From NCBI GenBank assembly GCA_037447605.1, contig CM074823.1, positions 124,001 through 188,000 on the forward strand: a stretch of DNA of 64,000 nucleotides, given 5' to 3'. Numbering within the stretch: the first letter of the stretch is position 1; every line of letters starts with the position of its first letter. Of the stretch, positions 1 through 10,920 are shown one piece after another. A program made the translations under genes and the position numbers. The notes below the pieces were generated by a model. That model was not told the DNA's origin, ran no database searches, and saw nothing but the letters and a program-made list of their open reading frames with translations. The stretch is from Zygnema circumcarinatum SAG 698-1b (Eukaryota > Plantae > Zygnematophyceae).

Positions 1-136
1 CGATTTCNNNNNNNNNNTCAAAATTCAGAATTTAAAAGCAAGCGAAGATCAAAAGCAGCAAACTCACAAACTAGGAATTCAAGAAACATGAAAACCAAGT
101 TCATTAGTGAGTCCACCCAATACCCCATTTAGACAC

Positions 137-2815
137 CTGAAGGCCGAAATAATTGATAAATCCGCCGGTTTTCAGCCCCTCTGCAGCCGCCAATATTATC
201 GATTCGTTCTCGGCTTCGACTCCCCTACACAAAAAACATTTAAAAAAAAATTGGGTTTCCCTCTCTCTCCCTCTCTCTCCCTCTCTTTCCCTCTCTCTCC
301 CTCTCTCTTCCTCCCTCTCCGTCTCTCTCATTCTCTCTCGCTCGTGATAACAAAAAAGAATAACTTATTCCTTTTCCCCTTCAGACTGCAAAGGACAATT
401 TGTTTTTGCCATACCGAAGAGTGACAATGAATGAGTTTCCGCCAAGCTGCCCCAAAATTATTGGCTCCTCCACATATCTGCATACAAATCAGAAAACGGA
501 GGGGGGAGATTGATGAGGAGAGAGCGAGTGGGCGAGAGTGAGTGAGAGTGAGCGAGGGGGAGAGAGAGAGAGAAAGAAGAAGAGAGAGAGAGAGAGAGAG
601 AGCAAGAGAGAGAGAGAGAGAGAAGAGAGAGGAAAGGAATAGAGAGGGGACGGAGGAGAGTGGAGAGAGGAGAGAGGAGAGAGGAGAGGAGAGAAGAGAC
701 GAGAGTGAGGGGAGAGATGAGAGAGGAGAAGAGAGAGAGAGAAAAAGAGAGTGAGAGGGAGAGAACGGAACTGAAAGTCGCCCACACGGATATTGTAAAG
801 GCGGCTGTTCAAAGCCGCCACTCTTTCCGCCGACTGCCCGAAAACGGTAACCTGCAAGAGCGCCGAGTCGGCCATGGAAGTACTTATTCTTATTTCTCTT
901 CCTATTGTGACCTAAACTGAGGTCATTCTTAAAACGAGAGGAGTGTAAGAATGGGCAGTTGAGACAATTAAGAATTGGAAAAAAAAACGAAATTTGGAGA
1001 AGGGGGGGGGGGAGAAGGGGGGCTGTATACTCGCTGAACGGTGATCGCTCGTTTGTCTTTTGTGCCGGAAAATCCGAACGACTTTGTCTGCATACAAAGA
1101 TAGACCCCAAAAAGAGGTCAAAGTGAGTATGTCCACCGGTAGCCGCATAATATCAATTCTTTTTATCTCAAGTAAGCTTAGAATAGGAGAAGGGTTTTTC
1201 ATTCTCTAAAGCCTGTAAGAAATTGTTGCCAGTTTGATCCCCGGGAAACAAAAATTTTGCATTCCTGCCCCTTCCTTTCCCCCTTCCCCCTTCCTGTCTC
1301 CCTCTCCCTCTCCCACTCCATCCCCCTCTTCCCCTCTCCGCCCCTCCCTCCCTCAGCCCCTCCCTCTATATCTCTCCCTCTCGCTCCCTCTCTGTCTCTG
1401 TCTCTCTCCCTCGCTCTCTCTCTCGCTCTCTCTCTCTCTCTCACTCTCTCCTCACCTGCACGCCGAGTAGGCGCGCCACAATGCCGACAGCGTGCTGCGT
1501 GTCCACATTCTCTTTGTACAAATGCAACCTGCCGCCGGACACAGGGAGAGATACTGCATTCAGGCAGAGGGAGAGAGAGAAAGCGAAAGAGAGAGAGAGA
1601 GAGCGAAAAAGAGAGAGAGAGGGAGAGGAGGGAGGGAGAGGGCAAAACCCAACTGGAGATAGGCCCCGCCTTCCCGCTTCTGCCGCTTCCCTCTGTAGTC
1701 TCCTCCTCCTCCTCGCTCCTCCCTCTCCCCTCTCCCTCTCCTCCCTCTCCTCCCTCCCCCCCCTCCCTCGTCCCCCTTAAAGAGAGCATCCCCTCCCCCC
1801 TCTCTCTTCCCCAAAAGTCGTGCGCGCACCGCCCTGAAGGGATGGCCCGCGGCCGCGTCCAAAGTGTCTGTTGCTGCGGACGGAAAGCGGCGCTTGAAGA
1901 ACATGTGCAAACCCTAAAATGGGAGGGAGGGAGGGAGGNNNNNNNNNNAGGGAGGGGAGGGAGGGGCTAGGGTTAGGGTTGGGAGGGGCTAGGGTTAAGG
2001 GGGGGGGGGCTAGGGTTAGGGGGAGGGGCTAGGGTTGGTAGTGTTGTAAGAGGTTAGGGGTTGGGGTTAGAGGGAAGTGACTGTGTGAGAGTGGGAGTGG
2101 TGAGAGCGTGGGAGTGTGCTAGAAAGCGGAAGAGAGGAAAGAGGCGATTCAGTGCGAGAGTGGGAGTGCGTTAGAGAGAGAGAGTGGAGAGGTACGAGGG
2201 GGCTGAGAGTGTGGGAGTATGTTAGAGAGAGATGAATAGTGGGGAGAGGAAGGTATTCAGAAAAAAGAATTGACAGGGGGAGGGGGAGGGAGAGAGTGAG
2301 ATAGGAGAGGAAACAAACAAAAAATGCGTACTTACCGTCCGGTACGCCTTGTTGTCGCTCGGCTCAAAAATGAGCGGCTCGGTATCCTTTCCATCTTCGC
2401 TCGCCAGTTTGTCCAAAAAAGTGGACAGCAATTCGACGTCATTTTTTGAAGCGACTTTTTCAAATTCGGCAAGGATCGATTCTTTGTCGATTTTCTTCAA
2501 ATCAAATTCGTCATTTTCGCCGTTTTTCATTTTTTCTGCCCTGTCTGTCGTACCCCCGCCCTCGCCTTTTTCCTGAAATGCGAAAAGCCAAAAACAAGTT
2601 ATAATTAGGAGATCTATATACCGCCCCCCTTTTGGGTTACCCCGCCCCTATTTTTTTGAAATCCCACTATCCCATTTTGGCTATTCCGCCCCTCCCATTT
2701 TGGGATATTCTGCCCCCTACTTTGGACATTCCCCCCTTGTTTTCTCCTTCTCACACATCAGCGCAACGTCCGTGAAGACATTGCAAAGAGAGTGCAGAGC
2801 AGAGAAGAGAGGGAC

Positions 2816-2868
<53 letters not shown>

Positions 2869-3854
2869 GAGCTCTCTATCTCTCTCTCTCTCTTGAAGAG
2901 CAAAGGAGAGAGAGAATGAGTGGAGGAGAGAGCAGTGGAGAGAGAGACTAGAGGAGAGAGCAGAGGAGAGAGCAGAGGAGAGAGAGAGAGCAGAGGAGAG
3001 AGACTAGAGGAGAGAGTAGAGGAGAGAGAGAGAGAGCAAAGGAGAGAGAAGAGGAGAGAGAGAGCAAAGGAGTGAGAGCCAAGGAGAGAGAGTATAGAGA
3101 GAGAGAGAGCAGAGGAGAGAGAGCAAAGGAGAGAGAGACTAGAGGAGAGAGCAAAGGAGCGAGAGAGAATGAGCAGAAACTCCTTCCGAAATATCCCAGA
3201 TGGGAGCATAGCCAAAATGGGAGGGGGGCGGAATAGCCACAATGCGAGAGTGGGATTTCAAAAAAACAGTGGCGGGATAACCCAAAAAGGGGGGCGGTAT
3301 ATAGTTTTTAGGGAGTCATAATATGAAAGTTCAGGGCATATTTGAAGAACCCAAAACGACAAGACTTCACCTCCTCATTTTTTTTGGGGGCTTCCAACGA
3401 AGTGAGGTGAACCACTCGTCCTTCCTGGTCAACTTCGTTGACCAAAAAATCCGCAAATCTGACCACCTCCCCTCAAAAAAAAACAAACGAAAAACGACAA
3501 CAGCAAATTTAAGAGCTAAACGACAAAACTAGAGATCAAACATGAAGGATTGGTACACCTTAAAGTTGTTATACTCATTAATTACTCATTCATTAAGCTC
3601 GTGAGAAAGAAAACAGAAAAGGGAGGGGGAGGGATGAGATAAGGACAAATAGAAGTTCAAATTGGGAAAAAAAAAAAAGGAGATGTGGGGGGGGGGGGCG
3701 GGNNNNNNNNNNCCCCTCCCTCCCCTCCCCCTCCCCTCCCCTCCGCTCCCTCTCTCCCTCCCTCCCTCCCTCACCTTTGCTTGAGCACGCCCCTGAACCC
3801 CGCCAAGCCGCTGTTCGCATAGCAAAGTATCCCGACGTCCTCCTCCGCCGCCAT
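137..3854 (-). CDS. PUS7: TruD/PUS7-family pseudouridine synthase, 5' part (at least 9 exons; 3' end lies beyond the window start)
   Basis: Exons, minus strand: 3854-3775, 3458-3371, 2572-2336, 1913-1654, 1528-1456, 1087-1031, 851-772, 477-415, 224-137. All have GT-AG sites and the phases chain. Motifs: GFRGVLKQRFADFLVNEVD, LHLYKENVDTQHAV, SFGFSGTKDKRAIT (catalytic GTKD), LGQLGGNSFIVTLR, GFINYFGLQ. The frame is also open upstream to an ATG at 4322. Confidence 0.95.
2615..3304. mobile_element. Non-autonomous TIR element (MITE-like) in PUS7 intron 2, flanked by TA
   Basis: TATACCGCCCCCCTTTTGGG at ~2617 is mirrored by CCCAAAAAGGGGGGCGGTATA at ~3281-3301. Imperfect inverted arms extend ~100 bp around a GA-rich core, and both flanks carry TA. 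Confidence 0.65.
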
Positions 3855-3885
3855 CGCCGCTAGGTCCAGACGCAGGCGAAGTTCA

Positions 3886-4030
3886 ACGGGGTCAACAGGG
3901 TCAACAGAGTCAACAGAGTCAACGAAGTCAACAGAGTCAGCGAAGTCAACAGGTGCGCCCGGGAGTAGCTGTCCAGCCGCAGGGTCAGTGAGGTCAACGG
4001 GGTCAACGGGGTCAAGGGAGTCAATGAAGT
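3886..4030. repeat. 9-bp tandem repeat (GTCAAC+3 nt) immediately 5' of the PUS7 MAAEED start
   Basis: ggggtcaacagggtcaacagagtcaacagagtcaacgaagtcaac and a second block at ~3990-4030. The minus strand reads as DPV/DSV/DFV triplets. Confidence 0.85.
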
Positions 4031-5610
4031 CAAATTGAGTGGCTGATGGGGGTCGCTGGTCCTTTGAGAAGAGGGAAAAGGGAATTGGAATTATTTTTAG
4101 GGCTTTAGGGTTTTGGAGTTTTGGGGGTTTTAGCAAATTTTGGGGTCTTGCAAGAGAAAGGAAAGGAGGACCAACGGGACGATGCCAGCTGGGACCTCTT
4201 GGCTTAACCACGTGGAATGGAAAGCGACACGTGGCGGCCAGCGAGACTGATTTCGTGCTGCCAGCTGGCAAAAGGAGAGCGATGACACGTGGCGAGATGT
4301 CAGGGGAGAGGAGAGGGGGCATACTGGGGGCCGTACGATGATGATAACGACCTCATGACGTCATGTTTAGTGAGAGGTTAAAGCTGGAGGGTTAGGGTTC
4401 AGGATTTGCAAAAATTGGCTGCTGGCGAGTGAAAAGGAGAGGCAGAAAAAAAAAATCTTTGTTGAAGATGCAGTTTTGGAGGCTCTTTTTTTCTTACAAA
4501 AACAAAACAGACTTTGAATAGTTTTTTGGTTCCTTTAGATTTTAACTAAACGAGAGTTGTCATTAGGGTTCAGGCTTTAGAGCTCCGCCTTAGAATGTAG
4601 GGTTTAAGATTTAACCTCGTGGTTTCTCCAGTCCCAATTCCTAAATCGAAGGCCTCTGCCGTTCAAAGAGCGCGAACTTCGGAAGAAGTATCGGATGGGA
4701 ATATCTGGATATGCGAAATATGAGACAACTTCGATACGATACAAAATAAAATCGACCATATCGTAACGTATCGAGAAATCGTAGCAATACGATCTAGAGC
4801 GATACACGCACGCACGTGACGACTGTCACACCCTGCATGACGTGACACTGACAAGCCGACCAATCCTCGCTCGCCCTCGCATGTGACATGAGGTCACATG
4901 AAAGGTGTAGCGTTTAACTGAAGGCAAGAACGGCCATTACATGGAAGCGCACGGGTACATGCACATGCGAATAGCCGAGAATGCCATCACATAACATATT
5001 ACATCCATGGCCATACATGCCATCACATCCACAGTACATGGATGGCCTTGTGCCCAGGACACCATCCTTTGCCATGGCAGACCTCCGCCAATACTTAGCA
5101 ATTTTTCATCACAGACCAATAATTATCCTCCCCTGCACTGGACCCCTTCCTCCCACTGCAATTATTTATGTCCTTCCTACTTAACCTCAATAAACGCACA
5201 CGCGTGCTTCTAGATAAGCCAACACTTGCCCTTCTCCCTCCCCTCCTTCCCCCTCTCCCTCCCTCCCCTCCTGTTCCACCTCCCTTCCAAAACCCCCCTT
5301 AAACCTCCCCCCTCTAAGATCTGAACCCAACTAAGAAAGGCCACCCATTTCCAAACCCTAAAAGAAAAAAACTATGTGATCTGCCTCTGTCTTTCATCGG
5401 AATTGGTAACTCTCAAGAACTGAGACAGTCTGAACTATGTCCTTTAGCGCCCTTTTAACATTTAGATTGGGCTTAAGTCTATTATAGCCACCCCCCTCGC
5501 CAACCATATTGCTCTACTTTTTCATCCCAAGGGGAGGGAGAGGCAGTAGGCCGGAAAGGGCGGCGGAAGATGGTGAAGGAATAGGGAATGATGGTTCCCA
5601 TCCTCGGCCT

Positions 5611-7794
5611 TTAAAGAATTTTACAACCACAGCATGCTGATGAAGGGTCCTGCAATAAAAAAAGGCCAACATCCCCGGGAAGAAATTAGGAAATTTAGCC
5701 ACACTTCTTCCATCCAATGAGTGCCTGATGAAGGTTGAACGTTCGTAATAAAAGGAAAAGGGAGGGACAATAAAATTAGGGTTTAAACAAAAAGTGAGAA
5801 TTTAAACATTTTGGTCCATATATTACGTTGAAACGAGAGTGTAAAACATATAGGCTTCAAAAGGTACGGTTTGACGAGAGCCCCNNNNNNNNNNTTTAGG
5901 GTTTGGGGGGAGAGAGAGGGGGAGAGAGGGAGGGGGGGTGGGGAGAGAGGGGGGAGGGGGAGAGGGTTTTGGGAGAGAGAGAGGGAGAGGGGGGGGTAGG
6001 GAGAGAGGGGGGAGGGTTCAGGGTTTGGAGAGCGAGAGAGAGGGAGAGGGAGGGGGAGGTTTTTAGGGTTCAGGGTTTTGGGAGAGAGGTGGGGAGAGGG
6101 GTAGGGTTGAGGGTTTGGGTAGAGAGAGAGAAAGGGAGAGAGAGACCGGGGGAGTGGGGAGAAGGGTAGGGTTGAGGGGTTGAAAAGAGGGAGTGAGAGA
6201 GGGAGTGGAAGGGAGAGGAAGGGAGAGAGAAGAAAGAGGGGTTGGGTTCAGGGTTTAGGGTTTGGGGTTTTTATGTTATTGAAGTTCGAGGGTTTTGAGG
6301 TTTTGGGATTGTGGGGGGCCGCCAGGGTTCAAGATTTAAGGCTTTTAGGGGTTTGGGCATTTTATGTTTCGGGGTCTTTAGTTGGGTTGGAAATTTTGGG
6401 ATTAGGGGTTTATGAGAACTTGGAAATCTGGGGTTTTTGGGTTTTGGGGGGGCTTGGGGTTTCGGGGATAGAGATTTGGGATTGGGCAGGTTTGTGGTTG
6501 GTGGGTCCTTGGCCTATTGGATTTTGGGTTTTAGGGGTTTAAGGATTTAAATTTCTGGGTCCATTCTTAGTTTGGAGTTTGGGGTTGTGGGGAAGAGGGT
6601 TATCGGGGGTTTTGGAAGTTTTGGGGATTAATTTTTTTTTGGATTTAAGGATCGATCATCAAAAAGTCTTCAAAATTTAAAAGAGACGAAACAAAAGACT
6701 ATAGGAGAGAAACCACTTGAAGAGACTTCTTCAGGGGTTGATAGAAAATGAATACATTCTGCAAACGATGAATGAGCAGAAAAGTGCATCATGAGTGGGA
6801 AGGGGAGTGCGGGAGGGAGAGAGGAAGAGTGAGGGAGTTGGCGAGGGTAGGAGGGAGAGAGGGGGGGGAGGAAGAAGGCGAGGGGGGAAGGGGGAATGGA
6901 GAGAGGGAGAGAGAGGGGCGGGGGGTTGGGGGAGAGTGAGAGGGAGCGAGAGAGAGCGGAAGGAGCGGGGAGGGAGAGTGGGAGCGAGAAAGAGTCGGGG
7001 GAAGGGCGGAGGGTGAGAGAGAGCGATGGGGGGAAGGGCGAGAGGGAGAGAGAAAAAGGGGAAGGGCGGAGGGAGAGAGGGGGAGATAGAGGGAGGAGGG
7101 GGGATGAAGATACAAGAGAGCGAAAGGAGGGGGGAAAGAAGAGCAGGAGGGTCATGAGAGAGCGCGACGGAGAGAGAGGGAGAGGGACGAATATTAAGGG
7201 AAGAAAGGTCGCGAGGGAGAGGCCTTCGGGATCTGAGGGAGAGAGGAATGGGCGAGGGAGAAGGAGCGGAAGAGGGAGAGGGAGAGGGAGAGGGAGGAGA
7301 GGACATGAGAAGAGAAAACCAGAAACAGTAGTTGAAATGCGTGAACTCCGGAAAAAAGGGTTAAACAGGGACACAAGCGTCCCCAAATTTGGAAACTCCC
7401 CTCTCTCCCTGCCTCCATTCCTCCCTCCCTCCCTCCCTCCATCCCTCCTTTCCCCTCTCCCTCCCGCCGTTCCCTTTCGCCCTCCATCTCAATCAGAAAT
7501 CGCCCCTCTCTCCCTTCCAATACCGTCCTCCTCCCTCTCACTTCTCCCATCCCCCTCCCTTCCGCGCTCAACTCCCCTCTCGTCCCATCCCTCTCTGCCT
7601 CCCTTCCTCTCCCATCCTTCTCTCCGTTCCAGCCCTTTCTCCATCCCTCCCTCTGCTCCTCTCCTTCTCCTGATCCCTCCCTCTCTTCCTCCCTCTCTTC
7701 CTCTCTCCCTCTCTCCATCCCTCCCTCTCTCCCTCCCACTCTCGCATACCATCTTAATGCCCGCGGCGAGCTTCACAAGCTCCGCGTCGTTCAT
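5611..7794 (-). CDS. Candidate small multi-exon gene ending in a CaaX motif (possibly G-protein gamma-like); model incomplete
   Basis: Putative exons: 7794-7750 (MNDAELVKLAAGIKM, donor GTATGC), 6758-6717 (NVFIFYQPLKKSLQ, acceptor TTTGCAG, weak donor) and 5649-5611 (DPSSACCGCKIL-stop, acceptor TTTTATTGCAG). An N gap at 5885-5894 may hide further exons. Confidence 0.3.
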
Positions 7795-7816
7795 GGCTTC
7801 TCGTCCTTCCTCGTCC

Positions 7817-7852
<36 letters not shown>

Positions 7853-8405
7853 CCTCTCCCGCTCTCCCCCGCTATTCTCCGCAAGCTCGGCTGCCACGTG
7901 TGCCCTAAATCCGCGCTCCGCACTTCCAAATTTCCAACCCTAAAAACCGCCCCCTCCCATCCCCTCTTGTCAACGTCGTACAGTAAATAAAAACCAGCGG
8001 CTCTTGGGATCGAACCTGTGACCTCGAGCAGAAAACTTCTCCGTCCGTACGTCTTGGCGACCTTATGACGTCACTCCAGAAGGCACCGACATTCGTACAT
8101 GTCCGTACATAATTCCTCTCCATACGGTCCAGCAAGCCAAATAGAGAATCTGCTTGTGACAGCCTTTCAGCCAATGAATGGCTGTCATGTGTACATCTAA
8201 TTGTACGAATACTGTACCAACACCAGGTATTAATGATCGGCGGCTTTAATTTAAGTTGAAGTAATTTGTCGGTTTGCGGAAGTGTTTTAGAAACTGGATT
8301 CTGAATGTTTGTCCTGTAGCGTAGCAAATGTACGGACCCAAGACTCTGGGTCGAAGGTTTTCAAGATCAAGGCTGTCAACCAGAGCCATTGACCAATGGA
8401 ATGCT

Positions 8406-8730
8406 GCCACGTGGACGTCGACCATTGGCAAGGCGCCAGGTGGCCGAGCACTGACAAATCTTGGCCATAAAATGGTACGGTACATGTCGGTAAAAATTGT
8501 GGCCTTTCTGATGCGCCACGTGGACCGATCAGTGGAGAATCCACCATTGAATACGTGCCACGTGGACCATCAATGGAGAAGCCACCAGTGGAGACGCGCC
8601 ACGTTTACAAATCACTAGAGAACCCACCAGTCGGACGTGCCACGTGGAAAATTCGTGAAGAATCCACCATTGAGGACGCGCCACGTGGACGCCCTTCTAC
8701 GTACGGTTATGCGTCGCGAACCGCCACGTT
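8406..8730. promoter_or_regulatory. ~42-bp tandem repeat carrying G-box (CACGTG) motifs
   Basis: CACGTG at 8408, 8517, 8559, 8641 and 8682, with CACGTT variants near 8600 and 8725. Spacing is 41-42 bp, and units share CCACCATTGA/CCACCAGT. Confidence 0.6.
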
Positions 8731-8978
8731 TGACTCTTTTGACGAATGGCGAACAAGCTCGGCCCCGTTTACATGTGCCCGTGATGGTGCACGGAGCTAG
8801 TTCTTCACACAGTTAAATATTTAGGGCATAGAGCATACCGTTCCATGCTGTTTTTGGCGATTGTGTTCGCGAACCTTCCTGGAATATTCAGCCTCATATT
8901 GTGATACCGTACCGTTTTCGTACGGTGAATGTTGGGCAACCGTATCGTACGGTAAAACCCGTCAGACAATTGTTGGAA

Positions 8979-9868
8979 GGGTAACTCTACTGCACCCCCG
9001 CGTTTTGTCTTTCGCACCCCCCTTTTGAAAATTTTGCCTGCCCGTTTTGGTACCCCCCAGTTTTGAATATTTCGGGAAAAAATCTTTTTCCCGCCCCTCC
9101 CGTCCCCTCCGCTCCCCCTCCTCCCCTGCCCTCTCCTCCCCTCCCCTCCCTTCCCCTCCCCTCCCCTCCCCTGCCATGTCCTCCCCTCCCGCCCGCTCCC
9201 CTCCCCTCCCCTCCCCTGCCATGTCCTCCCCTCCCGCCCGCTCCCCTCCCCTGCCCTGTCCTCCCCGGCCCTCCCCTCCCCCCCTCCCCTCCCCTCCCCT
9301 CCCCTCCCCTCCCCTCCCCTCCCCTCCTTTTTTCTGGACATTCCACCCCCCTCGTTTTATCCTTTTCACTATTGACTTCCAACAATGTGCGACAAAAGAA
9401 AAGGGGATTTGCATTGGTCTCAAGATGGTGAGGCCATCAAATAAACATGGACAAAGTCAACATGGGAACCACAAGAAATTACAAACCGAGAAGAGGAGAG
9501 ACGAGGAGGGGAGGGCAAGGGAGGGCAGGGCAGGGGAGGGGAAGGGAGGGGTGGGGAGGGGAGGGCCGGGGAGGACAGGGCAAGGGAGGGGAGGGGGGCA
9601 GGGCAGGGGAGGGGAGGGGAGGGGAGGGCCGGGGAGGAGCCAGGGGAGGGGAGGGCAGGGGGGGGGAGGGGAGGGGGGGGGACGGGAGGGGAGGGGAGTA
9701 GAGGAGAGGGGGAGAGGGCACGGGAGGGGGGGGAGCGGAGGGGACGGGAGGGGCGGGAAAAAGATTTTTTCCCGAAATATTCAAAACTGGGGGGTACCAA
9801 AACGGGCAGGCAAAATTTTCAATAGGGGGGTGCGAAAGACAAAACGCGGGGGTGCAGTAGAGTTACCC
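8979..9868. mobile_element. Non-autonomous Mutator-like (MULE/foldback) element, 890 bp, with long TIRs and a 9-bp TSD
   Basis: The TIR GGGTAACTCTACTGCACCCCCGCG... (from 8979) is the near-perfect reverse complement of the segment ending ...GTGCAGTAGAGTTACCC (9868) over ~140 bp. TTGTTGGAA occurs at both 8970-8978 and 9869-9877. Confidence 0.9.
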
Positions 9869-10920
9869 TTGTTGGAAGGCTTCGGGGTTTGTCGTAGGTG
9901 TTCAACCATTCAACGTAGGTCGGGTTTCGTTTCAAGTTAATCGTACTGTTCAGCAGTGGATTCAACTTGAGTGGATCCAGCATTGAAGTGGTTCCAGGAT
10001 AAACGCAGGCCCTCACAGCAAGTGGTGTATACAGTATACACCATCATTTACCCTATCCAAAAAATTGGCCAGAATGCCTTTCGATTCGTTTCAAAAGCAG
10101 ATACAAAAATCGATACAAGAAAGTTTAAAGTTCAAATGGTCGAGGTTGAAGCGCTCAGGGTTTAGGGTTTAGGGTTTTGGGGTTCGGGTGCAGGTCTACA
10201 TCGCTGAACCAAAATATACAAGAAAATGCCCTATTTCCATCTCAGTAATTGAATAAATTTGTCGCCCCCTTGAATTAAAACGCAATGCGGTCATCATTTC
10301 CGGCGCCCTCTGCACACGTTCGCCTCAAACCGCACCTTAGCCTGCCACACAGAATTTGGCTAAACCTAATCCTGAACCCTAAACCCTAATTTCTAAACCC
10401 TCTACCCTAAACCTTTAGATCCAGAAGCCCGTCCTTTGGGCTCCGTCTCTCCCTCTCAAAATATTAACGACGTTGCCTCCCTCCCAATAAGAGAGTCCGC
10501 CTGCCCCTTTGACAGACAGCATTACACTGCTTAAGCTGGTTTAAAAATAATGAATGTGTACACGAGCGCCTGCCTGTGTGTGGGAGAGAGGGAGAAGGTG
10601 GGGCGGGGAGAGAGCAAGAGTGGGGGAGGGAGGGACGGAGGGAGAGAAAGAGGGAGAGAGGAGGGAGGAAGGAGGGAGTGGAGAAGAGAAAAGGGAGGAT
10701 AGGCAGGCAAAGAAGGGAGGAAAGACAGAGAGGCAGAGGCGAGGGCCAGAAGAGCACGAGATAGAGCAAGGGTGCGTGAGAGAGGTAGGAGAGAGAGGAG
10801 TGGGAGGGAGAGAGAGGGAGGTAGAGAGTGAGAGAGAGAGAGAGCGAGAGAGCGAGAGAGCGAGAGAGAGAGAGAGAGAGTGAGAGAGAGAGCGAGAGAA
10901 AGAGAGAGAGAGAGAGAGAG

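Noticed and set aside
4940-4965. Shared TTACATGGAAGCG between ~4937 and ~27262 as a SINE or repeat family
   Set aside because: The match is only about 13 bp, with no convincing flanking alignment, pol III boxes or TSD.
5640-5730. Read-through frame THWMEEVWLNFLISSRGCWPFFIAGPFISMLWL as a PEN-2-like membrane protein
   Set aside because: Only vague hydrophobic similarity. No PEN-2 signature could be assembled from the other exons.
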